In this document: positions 1 to 12,059 of the stretch, piece after piece | How positions within the stretch are numbered: position 1 is the stretch's first letter | How the letters are laid out: each line of letters opens with the position of its first letter | Assembly (NCBI GenBank): GCA_973895155.1 | Contig: OZ316898.1 | Coordinates: 10,935,187-10,999,186 of the forward strand | Direction: 5' to 3' | DNA from: Marsupella aquatica | Lineage: Eukaryota > Plantae > Marchantiophyta | Length of the DNA stretch: 64,000 nt | Notes under the pieces: model-generated | What the model was told of the DNA's origin: nothing | What the model saw: the letters and a program-made list of their open reading frames with translations, nothing else | Databases searched by the model: none | Made by a program: the position numbers and the translations under genes

Positions 1-1304
1 TGACCATCAGCAAATTGTAACAATGGGGGCTTCCACATCATATCAAGCACCTCAGGTTGTACACAATGTGCCCAAATATGGACCGGAGTCCCCAACTTGA
101 TGCCCTAACACACCCAACTAGAGGCAGAATGGAAATACTACAGTACACTGAGGAGGGAATCACTGAGGAGCACACTCAGGAACAAAAGGATCAGTCCTTT
201 TTTTTAGTCCATAGCTTTGGTTCTAGGCCTCTTTGTTATCATTTAATTTTTGTTAAAATATTGAGGGTACTTGTGTATATGCATAATATTATATATATTT
301 TTTGCCAATCAAAGGTTTTTGCATTCAATCACTGATACCTAAAATAGACAAGTGGTTCATCGGGGATTCGTAAAAATAACAGGGAATTAGATCACATTCC
401 CCACTATATTGTGTCCCCTTATTTGAGCACATCAAATTTAAGCCATTAAGCCAGGTACAGTGCAGCTGCCTACAATGTACCTGGCTATGAACAATGTACT
501 TGGCTAATTGAAAACTAAGCAAAGTGATATAAAAGAACAATCAGATTTATCATGGCTTGTAAAACCTTTCCAATTTGTGGGCACCTGCCACGTGGCATAG
601 TACACCCTATGCTGTTGTTTTTCTATGTGCAAATCACTTGAAGTGATGCTTGAATGGACATGAGAAACCCTGATGGACACAAATGAAACATTTCAGTTTA
701 CTCATAGACCATGATTTGATGGGTAATATGAGGATTTGATGGACTCCTCTGGTACTCTGCCCATGCAGTGGTCTATGTTCTTATTCTACCCAAGGAGTTG
801 GATTCCCGTGTATACCATTGTTACCATGTATATAACTTCTTACGCTTCCATATGATGATATCTTGTTACCATCTATATAACTTCTGACTTACGCTTCCAT
901 ATGATGATATCTTAAGGTTCCGAGAGTATCATGACACTATTGAACTAGCAGGCTGCTCCCCAGACTTGCACTACTTGAAGTTCAATTGTCAGGCTAGCAG
1001 GAGTTGTGTTCAAAATTGACATTGTATTCAAAATTGGTGTGCATACCAGAGGTGGGTGGACTCCTCTGGTATTCTGCCTATGCAAATTGGTTGTGTTCAA
1101 AATTGACATTGTATTCAAATTATATCGGCATGTTGAGTTGAGGCTGCTCAAGTCTAAATTAGTCTCCCTTACTGTAGATGAACTCACATCAAAAGCTTCT
1201 ATAATTGAATATGCAATGGAATTTGTTCACAGACTTGCTGGGTGAAGAACTAGAAGGTCATAGAACTACCAAACAGTCTCCATTGTATATACAATGTTCA
1301 CCGT

Positions 1305-1660
1305 AATTAGTGTGACTAACACTAATTCGAGAGCGCCCATTGTCAGGGTCTATTTGTGAATTAGTGTTAGTCACACTAATTTTGTGCTAACACTATTTTG
1401 TGCAAATGAATTAGTGTTACTATGGTCTTAAGAGTAGCAAAATAGAGAGAAAAAACTATTTTGAAAAATCCACAACAATTAGTGTTACTTTGGACTAAAT
1501 ACTATCCATGTTTTACAAGTAATTTAAACTAAAGTGAAAAACACTGTTTTTAAAACTAACAAAAATTAGTGTTACTTGGACTCAAAATCAATTTTACCAA
1601 ACTTAGTTAGTAACACTAATTTTATACTAACACTAATTCTTGCATAACATTAATTACAAA
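1305..1660. repeat. Cluster of AATTAGTGTTA/TAACACTAAT direct and inverted repeats, including a perfect 24-bp inverted repeat (1305-1328 / 1358-1381); probably a DNA-transposon subterminal region
   Basis: aattagtgtgactaacactaattc at 1305 and its exact reverse complement at 1358; the motif recurs in both orientations to ~1640. Confidence 0.6.
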
Positions 1661-2912
1661 AAGAGTGTACATAACTTAGAACCTTGATATTCACTTTTGA
1701 TTTGCTGAGGTGAAACAAATAACAAATGCCTCATGTGTTACTATCCTAGATCGCATGAGCTACTTGTTAGATGCCAACTACTTGCACATTCAGCCACACT
1801 TAAACCTACAAAAATTCTTGAAGTTCACTTTAGGCCAGCTCAGTAACTATTTGCCAAGAGGAAGTAATCTTAGTACAAGAGTTGGCAAGTGTTGTAAAGA
1901 GATTTTTGTCAAGTCGAACACAATGTCAAAAGCAAACACAGCACCCGGGCATTGTGTTAAAATGGCATTATGTGCGAAGAAAAACATCTTTTTCGTCCAG
2001 AGACCACTTTTCCCATTTTCTAACACTATGCCTCCCATTTTCTAACACAATGCCTGGGCGCTGTGTTTAGGGGAAGACAGTATTATGTATCTAGTAACGC
2101 CCTATTTACAGAGCATTGTGGGATATAATGCAAAATGATGGCTTTGGCCCAAGTTTTGAGAGGCTATATTGCCCTTAATGCCATAGTAACAAGGAGGTAG
2201 TGTGCTTTCATCTGTGAATGCTTTTTCACTTCTACCAATTAATATTTTTGATTCTCTTTCTCTTTGCATTCTCTCCATTTTTTTGCAAATTTAGATTTTA
2301 CAAATAGACAATTACTGTGGTGGAAAAATCTCAAAATGCACTTGGAGTGCGTGCGATGGGCACTCTCTTACATGCATAGAAAAATACAAAGATACATATC
2401 TTGCATTCTCTCCACAAATAGATATATATAATGCGAACGAGAAGTTTGCAATGTTTACGCCAATGATGGGCACTCTCTTCCATACATAGAAAATACAAAG
2501 ATATATATCTTACATTCTCTTCCACAAAGAGATATATACAAAGCTAACGAGAAGTTTGCAATGTTTACTCCAATGAAACCTTGGTAGTCACATTTGTCCA
2601 CAGCACCTATGCATTCCAATCATGCTGTGGCATTACCACGGATTTGACGTTACTTTCCAAGTACAGGAGCTCGAGAGTGCTCAATTCAGTTGCTGGTTTC
2701 GTATAATTCTTGTCATTCTTGTGTTGGTGGGTGATTGACAATGATGAAATCCATGGTCGGTTGAATTCAAAGGCAGTGATCTGAATTGATGTGCTCTCGA
2801 TACTCTTCGAAGCTGGAACGTCCTTTGTAGGGTTTGCTGCAAATCCATTGCTTGGAGAAGCGCTCAAAATTTGTCAACGTTGTGACGAGAGGAAGAGGGA
2901 AGAAGGCCAGCA

Positions 2913-3470
2913 ATGGAGGCTATTGCGGAGGGGGACAAGATGAATGCCGAGGAGGAGGAGGAGGAGGAGGACTGCAGAGACTTATCGGGAAGAAATGCGC
3001 AAGAGGAATTGGCAGAATTGGCATCGTCTCTGATGATGGCGGCAGCAGAGCACTCCCGCAGTGACGGAGAAGTGGAAGAAAACAGCAACAGCAACTACGA
3101 GAACGACATCGACACGGAGACAATGCCGACGAAGCCGTTGGTGAAGAAAACGCGCAAGCTTCTGTTCCGCAGACTGCGCGTTGGAGTTGAGGACAGTCGT
3201 GTGTTCGTTGGAAAGTTCCATTGCCTGGACAAGCAGGGCAATATCATTTTGTATGATACGGTGGAGTTTCGCCAGATCTCTCCCGATCCCTCGTCAGCTG
3301 GCGAAGATGGCAAATCTAGTGGTGGTTCTGCTGTTGTAGACGTGGCTGTGGCTGAAGGGCCGACGACGGAGCAGCGCAGCCTTGGCCTTGTACTGATCCC
3401 TGCTCGTTGCCGCACCTCCTGCCATGTCGAGTGCTCCCTTCAAGAGCAATTCTCGTTGCTCTCGATTTAG
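2913..3470 (+). CDS. NAA38: Sm-like protein, NatC N-acetyltransferase auxiliary subunit (NAA38/LSMD1/Mak31-like), with an acidic N-terminal extension
   Basis: Sm1 motif RKLLFRRLRVGVEDSRVFVGKFHCLDKQGNIILYDTVEFR and Sm2 motif EQRSLGLVLIP; uninterrupted 185-aa ORF in GC-rich coding-like DNA. Confidence 0.85.
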   Translation: MEAIAEGDKMNAEEEEEEEDCRDLSGRNAQEELAELASSLMMAAAEHSRSDGEVEENSNSNYENDIDTETMPTKPLVKKTRKLLFRRLRVGVEDSRVFVGKFHCLDKQGNIILYDTVEFRQISPDPSSAGEDGKSSGGSAVVDVAVAEGPTTEQRSLGLVLIPARCRTSCHVECSLQEQFSLLSI

Positions 3471-6275
3471 GGTTTGTTGTCCCCTTCTTCATTCCTCCCA
3501 GGAACGCTCCCGAGTCCGATACACATACATCAGCAAATGGTGCTGCTAGTCACGAGGATGAGGACGGCGGTAATTGAGATACGAATGAATTCTCTCATTG
3601 CAGGCAATTTTCCCGGCTGTCAATGAATGGTTTGCTGTACTCATCTTCTCTGCCGCCACGACTCTTTCCTGGACAAATGTGTAGACATGAGTTATGGTCC
3701 TTCTACTGCCGCTGCTTATGATGATCATGGATGAACGAACGATTTTTTGTGGAGAAGGCCCTTATGAAAGCTTCCCCTTTTTTAAATTTGATATCCTGTC
3801 GCTTAGCCTCAGTTCGAGTGTTTATCAAATCTGGGGTAATCAGATCTTTCACTTCTGCAAGGACAGGAATGGAAGTTGCATTCTCTGTATACGTACAAGC
3901 AGGTGGGACAGGGTTCCACCCGTCATAGATACTAGAGTTTGTGGTACAGAGGGGAATGATGATGGAGTTGAGTCTTGTCCCATGCAATTTCCTTCGTCTC
4001 TATTTTTTGCGGAATCACCGAGAACATCTCGTCTCCACTACTATTAGCGAGGGCTATTACTAGTCCGTGGAGGCATAGGATTCCTAGCTGCCTTGCATGG
4101 AGAAAGTTCTCCTTATTTTTAGTCGTGTTTAATTAGGTCAACTTAGATGATATTTGATTATTCGACGCTCTCGTAATGTTGTTGGATCAACGTAGAGCTA
4201 AGATGACGGCGAGCATCGCACTATGACCTTGCCAGGAAGGCATGTCTTTGTACAGATTGCGGTTTTGGAAACTTGGGTAATGAGAAACTTTTTCGTGAAG
4301 TGAAAGTGAGCAAGACTCAAGTCGTAAGAAAAAGTGAAACGTCTTGTCAGTAAATTCTTCTGCACTGAAAAAGGGTCTTGTGGTACAATAGTGGATAGTG
4401 CAGGGAATGTCGAGGGCCAGTTCATTGCCTTTGTCAGCTTCTTTCTCGATGCCCCGTCTTAGCATGAGCCATTTTCTCTCCGTCCTGTTGCTCTCGAGGT
4501 CCAAATTAGTAGTTCTTTGCTAGGTTTCATTTGATATTTGGCTCCCCGTCTTCTAACTCGATATGTGTGCTCGTAATTCATTCTAGCGTCTAGAAGAAGC
4601 TGACAGTTAATCACTGGGTCGTCTAAACGTTGGCTAAGGTCTTAATTAAATTTTGGCTAGCATTTTCTTTGGCTAGTCCACTCTTTTGAAGCTGGTTTTG
4701 GAGGGAGGCAAAGGCCAGCTGATGTTGTTATACCATGAAGTAACGTCATTGTTTTGTGCAGTCCTTCAGGACAAGTCGAAGTGTGGAGTTAAGCGTTTAG
4801 GTCTTCCGAGCTCTAGAGTTGATTTTCATGTAAATTGGAGAAACGTTTAGTGTATGTAGATTCCATATACAGCTTTATATACAGCAGTTGTTGAGTAACA
4901 AGAAGTACGGATTCTACCTAGTATTGTTTCGTCAAATCTGCCTTTTCTGACTGTCCTGTGGCAGGTTTAGGGTTGTTTAGGACAAACATTCACGTTCTCG
5001 GTTGTTTTCATTCATGTTCTAATGCCAAGCATTAGCACGTTTCTTCTGTGCGAAATTGGTTTGTGATTGTGCCGTTGGTGACTGTTTAAGTAAATGACGG
5101 AGCTGCTATCTGAAGCAGATGAAATTCCAACACCAAACCGGAAAACTGTGGGAACTGTAAGGGTGGTTGAGCTCCTCGGCTTGTGAGCTTAACCACCCTT
5201 ACAGTTCGATCAGTTTTCCCATCCGTGTAGAATTAGAGAAATCTGGTGGATTGTTTCTGCTTGTACGCTGGGTCATCATCTCTTTGGGGATTTTTTTCTC
5301 TTTGATGTCAAGAGCTCCTCGCTTGAACAAATGCATGTTGATGCAAGGACGGTGATTAGTATTTTTAGTGAGTAGAATGAGGTTTCATATGCTGGTTCAA
5401 GAATGGAAGAGCAAAAATCAGGAACTGGGAAGCCCCATTTGTATTGATGGGTACTTCAACAAACGTCTCCTGCTGCCGTCGCGAAGCAACAGCAACAACA
5501 GAATGGCAATCAGCCCTCAGCAGCAAACTGACGAGCACGAATCTGAAGGCAAGCTGTAAAGGGAAGAGTGAACGCACAAATAAGAAGGAAGGCAAGTTTA
5601 GGATCGACGAGAGGGATTAATACGTGGAGAGGCAAACCGACGATGTAAAATCTACTAGTTTGAAGTCACGGTGTGAGGCTGCAGTGATGATGAGAGGGAG
5701 TTTGCATTTCAACGTGTTGACATTAGTGGCGACTAAGCAACTAGCAATGAAGGGTATACCGTCTAGATTCACGAGTGTGGCATTGGCCTGTAGGGGGAAG
5801 CGGAAACGGTGGGAGGTAGCAAAATAGAGGGGAGCCTTTTGTTGTTTCATCCCAAAACTCTTGTACTGGCAACAACAAGAATTGAGTATCCTTCTAGTGT
5901 AAGAGGCACCACACACAAACACCAGCTTGAGCAGAGAACCCAGGACAGAGAGCTAGCTAAAGAGGGAAAGATAGGTTCACTGACATATGTCAACAGACGA
6001 ACTCAAGTCGAAATTGCAGGAAGGGGGACGAGCACATAGAATATATGAAGGAGAGAGTGGTCGAGGAGGGACGAAAGGAGGACACGCCTAAACCTTAAGT
6101 TTCATGGATATATCCCTTTTGATTTGGGCTGCATTTTGCTTGATCCTGGATGCTGTGTAGTTCTACCAGAATTGCTAGTCAATAGTAATGTTTGTGGATA
6201 CAGTTGAGCTCAACACAAGGAGACTAATTTTGTTTTTAAGTCCATCTGGGTACGCACGATACTGGGAGAACTGTA

Positions 6276-6790
6276 CAGTCAACAGTGCATAAGTGCGTTA
6301 TGTGCAGGCCCACCATGCAGTGCCCTTTGTTAATGCACCAAAATTTGCAGTTTGCAAAAGTGCAGGTTTACTATCTAAACAACCAAAACCGGCACTAAAG
6401 GACAAACACAAGTGCATTTTCGAATATAAGTGAAGATCTGCATGTCAGTTACTGCTACGCATACATGAGAAGCATTGATTGGTAAGTGCATTAAATAATC
6501 ACATCAAGAGGTTTCATGCATTTATCCAGTGTAAATTGTGCACTTTGGGCTTGGGGTATGAGCTGTCTGTGTGTGACCTGACAACACATACAAGGAAGTG
6601 CCTAAGTGAATTTCCATAAACTTATCGGGTAGTGAAACCATGCACTTTCCATAAACTTATTGGGTAGCGAAACCATGCGCATATGAAGTGCATAAATGGT
6701 AACTTAACATTTATAACAAACTGCATACTGTGGATAAGTGCAAGCTTAGGGTGTTCCTCCCGAGAGCCTGCACTTGGACATGGTAGACCG
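6276..6790. mobile_element. Degenerate Tc1/pogo-type MITE; a related partial copy lies in the opposite orientation at 49573-~49940
   Basis: TA-flanked ends CAGTC.../...GACCG; the internal and right-end sequence is the reverse complement of 49573-49810 (e.g. ggcttggggtatgag / ctcataccccaagcc). Confidence 0.55.
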
Positions 6791-7941
6791 TAGTACTTTT
6801 CAGGGCCATGAGGCTAATGACAAACTACATTGTTCACCTAAAATGGTCTCATCTTGGAGTTAGTGCTGTTCCCTAGTTAATGTTGGGAATCCTAATTTAA
6901 GGGTCAGGCAACTTTGAATAGAAAATAACACTAATTGTGGTTAGTTTTTGGGTTAAGATTATGTCGTGACGGAATTCCATGAATTAGAGCATTTCACATC
7001 TGTCAAGTCCTGCCAGTGATTTTTCTAGTGTAGCCTTGTTGAGTGTAGGGCTCTATTCCCTAGCTGTACTTTTCTTTTCTAGTGATCCAGGGTGCATGAA
7101 ACAGGCTCTATCCCCTAGTTGTCAGAGGTCATGCAGCAATGCCTTTGTATGTGTGCATTGGAACAAAAATGAAACATTCCTATTCCAAATGTGGCTCCCT
7201 TGATTATTTTAATTGATGTGCATGAAATAGACTCTGTTCCCTAGCTGTCAGATATGAGGGAGCAATACCTTTGTATCTGTGCATTGGAACACTCCATTGC
7301 CTGAATGAGGAATTGTCTTTGAAATGCGAGCAATGCCTTTGTATTGCATTTGAACACTACATTGCTGAACTAAATCAGTATTACTCCTCACTCTCCAAAT
7401 AGTGTTATGCACAAATTAGTATTTGGAGAGTTACATAGCCCCAAAGTTGATTGAAAAGTAAACATACAAAATTAGGCTACACAAATAATGCTACCAAAGA
7501 CTGATTGGGGTGAACATTGTAGTTACTTTCCAGGCCAGCCAGAGTACATGACAAAACTGAGGCTAGTGCTATCCAAGGCCACCCAGTATACTTTCATAGG
7601 CAAGAAACAGAGTTGTGGGCTCATATTTTGTCCTGGAGGTGAATCACCATGGAACTTAGTTCCCACCAAGCGGAGTGGGAGTCCCAAAAAAACTGCCATG
7701 AAACAAAACTCACAACCCCCCCCCCCCCCCCCCCCAAGCTTGACTCGTCACTGTGAGAGCATAGGAGAAAAACATAAGCTTGACTAGTTGACTCATTAGG
7801 TCCAAAGTTTAACCATTAAGGGTGATTCCTATTCCCCATCAAAAAATGGCATTCTTCACAGGGTTGTGTAAAGCTTTTTTTTTTTTTTTTCAATTTAAAG
7901 GGAAATCTATGAAACCCCACAGAAAAGGAAAAGTGAGTCAT

Positions 7942-8000
7942 AACATTTGAGCACTAGATCTATGAGTCTCAACTCAAGTGAGCTACCACACACCAATGCC
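7942..8000 (-). repeat. tRNA-like (SINE-head-like) dispersed repeat, copy 1
   Basis: Reverse complement of 49961-50020; A-box-like TAGCTCACTTG, with a degenerate B-box in this copy. Confidence 0.4.
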
Positions 8001-8899
8001 TATCTGGACAAAGGTTTTCTTAATTTTAAACGTCTAGCCTGAGTATCCATCTTTGGAAAGTGAATATAAGTGAGGACAAAAATGTGCATTGCCCATGCAT
8101 TCCCCAGGTCGCCGGCTCCTAGCACCAACTACTCCTCAATGTCCTCGTTTGAATGTTAATACCACCTACTCCTCAATGACCTCGTTTGAATGTTATTACC
8201 GACCGGTTGCTTATTCAGCTACTTACATTCAATCCATCTAGTTCACTCATTTGCATTCAATGTTTAGTCACTCTACAAAAATCACCCTAGTGCCCCCCCC
8301 CCCTCATTTTCCACCCCCACTCCAAGTTTGGTTTACGCCCCAGAGTCACCTTTTAGAGTGTCCACTCTAGCCGGTAACCCTCAAGAGTAGGTTTTTGGTC
8401 TGGATTTATTTACTAGTAAGATTTCTGGTCATTGCATGTGCTCATTCCTCATGTGAAAAGTTGGGCTATCTACTAGTACGCTTTCTGGTCATGGCATGTG
8501 TTCATTCTCAAGTGTGAAAAGTCGGATTATTAATTTGAGAGTCCATAACTTTCTAGAGTGTGTTCATAACGGTATGCGTATAACGGTAACGTTGTTATAA
8601 GCTTTCTAGAAAAGAAAATCTTTAGCCGTGATTTATGGTCATGGCTTGCGATCATTTTTGACGGCAAATATAGTTCAATTATTATTATGATTTTGACTGT
8701 CCCTTACCTTTGTTTTTCGAGAACGGTAACGTACAGTACATCAAGTCGTGAGGTTTGAGACTCCTGTAGCTGCTCACTGTCGAATTTCCTATTTCAAGCT
8801 CTGCAGAGTGCAGAATGCAGAATGAGGACTGAGGACAATTGCATCACTGACACTCGTGATAAGACAAGTGTCGGTGAGAAGCGGAGCTGGTGCCTGGTG

Positions 8900-9062
8900 G
8901 GCTATCAAGAGCAAGACCTTGAGCTCGAGAGCTTTCAAGGCGAGCTCATTCATGGCCTGAGCTCTCAAAGTTCAACAAAGTAATTCGTCGGCTATCAAGA
9001 GCTTGACCTTGAGCTCGAGAGCTTTTACGGCGAGCTCATGCATGGCCTGAGCTCGCGAAAGC
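8900..9062. repeat. Two-copy tandem duplication, 90-bp period, upstream of the PPO
   Basis: gctatcaagagc..gaccttgagctcgagagcttt at 8901 and 8991. Confidence 0.85.
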
Positions 9063-9140
9063 TTAACAATGCTCAATTAGTCTGTTGAAGAATCCATCCG
9101 AGCAGAGCAATCTGGCAAAGCAGGCACTGTGGCGAGGTGG

Positions 9141-9540
9141 ACGGCGGAGCTTGCACAGACAATGCCCAGCGTGGGTTTTGTCAGGCGGGACGCAGCGAGA
9201 GAGTTCGTAGCTGCCGTGCATCCAGCCCATAGCACCTGCAACCTCGCGTTTCAAAGAAGGAGCAGAAGATTCAGCTACGGTGAGTCGGTTCAGCCAGCCT
9301 CTCGGATCAACCATTATGTCCTCTCGTCGAAATTCTCCACTTTTGTGACATTCTGCTCTTTTTCGCGTGAACCCGACAGTGCGGAGGAAAATTCGAGCCA
9401 TCGAGGTCGATTTTACTTCATCAAGTTTTACCATTGTTAAGGGAGATGATTGACCCCATGAAGCTGAACAGGTTTTTGGTAGAACGGAACCCTTTTTTTT
9501 TCTGGCCTCGTTGCTGAATGTACTTTGCGATTCAGAACAT
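9141..9540 (+). other. Duplicated copy of exon 1 and the 5' part of intron 1 of the dienelactone hydrolase gene (41336-~41685)
   Basis: AELAQTMPSV...HPAHSTCNLAFQRRSRRFSYG versus MAGLAQTTPSV...HPVHITCNLAFQGRRRRSSCG; same GTGAGT donor (9280 vs 41484); intron similarity continues (gagccatcgag, ctggcctcgttgctg, tgcgattcaga). Confidence 0.85.
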
Positions 9541-9651
9541 AGCCCACTGAGACCTTCTAGGCGAGTCGAGTTATTTGAGAGGGTTGAAGCTGGAGTAATG
9601 TTGCTTCTTGTTGTTCGTGAGCAACTTACTGGTCGAGGTTGTTTGGGTCCA

Positions 9652-11466
9652 ATGGCAGAAGCGGATCAGCAGCGAGGCACTGCTCTGACTGCTGCAGGAG
9701 GGATGAAATTGAAATGGTGGTGCATTGCAGCGGTAGTAGTATGGCTAAGCTTGAGCTCGACAGTCTCAGTACAGGTCGAAGGAGCTCCAATTCTGGGCCC
9801 TGATCTCGCCAGTTGTAAGCCAGTCATCCCGCCGAGGAGAACTGTAGTTGATTCAGTGGATTGCTGCTTCCTTGACACCGGCAAGCCTATCAAGGAATTC
9901 AAATATGATACAAATCTTCCCATGCGAGTTCGCAAAGCTGTGCATAAATTGGATAAAGAGTTCATCAGCAAGTACGAGCGAGCTTACGAGCTAATGCGAG
10001 CTCTCCCAGCACACGATCCTCGCTCCTGGAAAGCCCAGTCCAATCTCCACTGCTCCTATTGCGCAGCCGCGTACTCGCAATTCAATTCGTCAGAAGATTT
10101 GGACGTGCATCATGGCTGGTTTCTCATGCCGTTCCACCGGTGGTACGTCTATTTCCACGAGCGCATCTTGGCCAGTCTCATCGACGACGATACCTTCGCG
10201 ATCCCCTACTGGGCCTGGGACGTGCAGAATGAAACCTTGCCGCCTGCCAACATCATGCCACCCATGTTCACGAACGTGAGCTCTTCCCTGTTCGATCCCT
10301 TCCGCTGCCACATCCATCGGCCTCCGCACATGGTCGACCTCAAGATTCAGGTGGAGCCACACAACAAAGATCCTGAGCAGCTGATTCGTAACAATCACTT
10401 CAACATGTGGAGGGTGATGATCGGCGAGACCAAAACGCCCGAGGCCTTCTTCGGTAAGAAGGTCTCTCTGGGAGACGAGGTCTCGAGCAAATCAGGGCGA
10501 TTTGAGACGGGTCCGCATGGTGCTGTCCACGGATGGACCGGCGACGACACCACCCCATTCGGAGAGGACATGGCGCCCGCGTACACAGCAGCGAAGGACC
10601 CTCTCTTTTTCGCGCACCACTCTCAAGTAGACAGGCTCTGGACGATGTGGAACAACTTGGGAGGGCGCAATTTCGACCACCCTGACTGGCTCGACGCCGA
10701 GTTCCTCTTCTACGATGAGAACGCGGAGATGGTGCGGGTCAAGATCCGGGATTGTTTGGACATCGAAAAGCTCCGGGTCTCGTACGAGCAAGTGCCTGCT
10801 GAATGGCTGGAGTACACTCCGAGATCGCTCCGTCAAACGAATCCCAAGTACCGCCTCCTCCGCAACGAAGGCATCGTGGGACGATTGTGGCGGCAAATGC
10901 TAAATTTGGAAATGGTGAGAAACATGGCTGTGACTATAGAGAGCATTTTCCAGCGACTAGTGAAGGTGAAGCGGACCGATGTCGTCTTGGGAGGAGGAGG
11001 AGGGAGAGCAGCGCTGACCTCGCGAGTCTCTCGGCCGAAGGTGAGCTCACAGAGTGGGATCATGGGGGAGAGCAGCAGCATCAGCAGCGCCAACAATGTG
11101 TCTACTTTGGTGTACGACGAGGTGTTAGTGATCGCAGGAGTCGTGCAAAAGCCTTTCGACGCAATGGTGCTTTTCAACCTCTTTCTGGAGCTTCCGGAAG
11201 CAGACGAGAGCACTCCTCTCGACTGCGCAGAGTCACTAGGCGATGTGTACCTCGAGCCAGAAGGCTTGCGGATGGGAGAAGACACGTCTGTTACGCGGGA
11301 ATTCACCCATACCATTGGCATCGGAGACAGGTTCCAGATTCTAGATTTGAGTCACCATAATTCCGTGTCGGTCACCTTTGTTCCGGCATGGGACCCGAAG
11401 CACGACTCAGACATATCGATAAGATTCAGAGAGCTGAGAATCGAGTTCCAGTTAGCTAGATGGTAA
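9652..11466 (+). CDS. PPO: Polyphenol oxidase (type-3 copper tyrosinase/catechol oxidase) with a predicted secretory signal; start at 9652 or 9703
   Basis: CuA HCSYC...VHHGWFLMPFHRWYVYFHERIL; CuB PHGAVHGW...DPLFFAHHSQVDRLW; DWL domain (PDWLDAEFLFYDEN); diverged C-terminal domain; hydrophobic N-terminus followed by APILGPDLASC. Confidence 0.95.
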   Translation: MAEADQQRGTALTAAGGMKLKWWCIAAVVVWLSLSSTVSVQVEGAPILGPDLASCKPVIPPRRTVVDSVDCCFLDTGKPIKEFKYDTNLPMRVRKAVHKLDKEFISKYERAYELMRALPAHDPRSWKAQSNLHCSYCAAAYSQFNSSEDLDVHHGWFLMPFHRWYVYFHERILASLIDDDTFAIPYWAWDVQNETLPPANIMPPMFTNVSSSLFDPFRCHIHRPPHMVDLKIQVEPHNKDPEQLIRNNHFNMWRVMIGETKTPEAFFGKKVSLGDEVSSKSGRFETGPHGAVHGWTGDDTTPFGEDMAPAYTAAKDPLFFAHHSQVDRLWTMWNNLGGRNFDHPDWLDAEFLFYDENAEMVRVKIRDCLDIEKLRVSYEQVPAEWLEYTPRSLRQTNPKYRLLRNEGIVGRLWRQMLNLEMVRNMAVTIESIFQRLVKVKRTDVVLGGGGGRAALTSRVSRPKVSSQSGIMGESSSISSANNVSTLVYDEVLVIAGVVQKPFDAMVLFNLFLELPEADESTPLDCAESLGDVYLEPEGLRMGEDTSVTREFTHTIGIGDRFQILDLSHHNSVSVTFVPAWDPKHDSDISIRFRELRIEFQLARW

Positions 11467-12059
11467 TTTAATATCCTCCGAGGCTGTTACTACTTGCAAA
11501 TTGTTCCTTTCGAGACACCGACTTTGAAGCGTATCCTTGCAAACTTGGGTGACAGAGTTCCAGTGTTCAGGGTGATCCATTTTCCAGCAATGAAGTCCTT
11601 CACCACACAGCAAACCCCTTGGACTTATTTTTTCACAGGGACCCACATGTTCTGGCCCCACGAAAAAGTTCAAAGAAAACCTCAGCGTTTACAAGCTTTC
11701 CGGGGTCCATTCACAGAGTCTCTCGATCGATGGCATTCAACGAACAAGCTGAGAATTGACTGGCTCTCAGCAGGCAGGTGACAGTAAGCTGTGATGTTCA
11801 CGGGGATGGGTGTCGACACCCTGTGCAATTTTTATGTTCATTTCGTTTCGTTGAGAGTGACAGCGGTGGTCTCTACGTATTGTGTAATCTATGAAAACTG
11901 GTCGCTAGAGAACCTCTGCCTCTTCTGTTAATTAATAAACGGGGTTCAAAGGTTTGTTGTCGCGAAAGCCTCCATCTGCGGACAGCAGAGTCAGGAATTC
12001 AGTGAACCTCCGTTTCAATATTTGCCTATCTCACAAAGCAACTGATTCAAAATTCATTA

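Noticed and set aside
1305-1381. miRNA-like hairpin
   Set aside because: The arms are made of a motif repeated many times nearby, which is more consistent with TE subterminal repeats.
9511-9651. TTG-started N-terminal extension of the PPO ORF
   Set aside because: Non-ATG start that overlaps the duplicated intron sequence; the first plausible Met is at 9652 or 9703.
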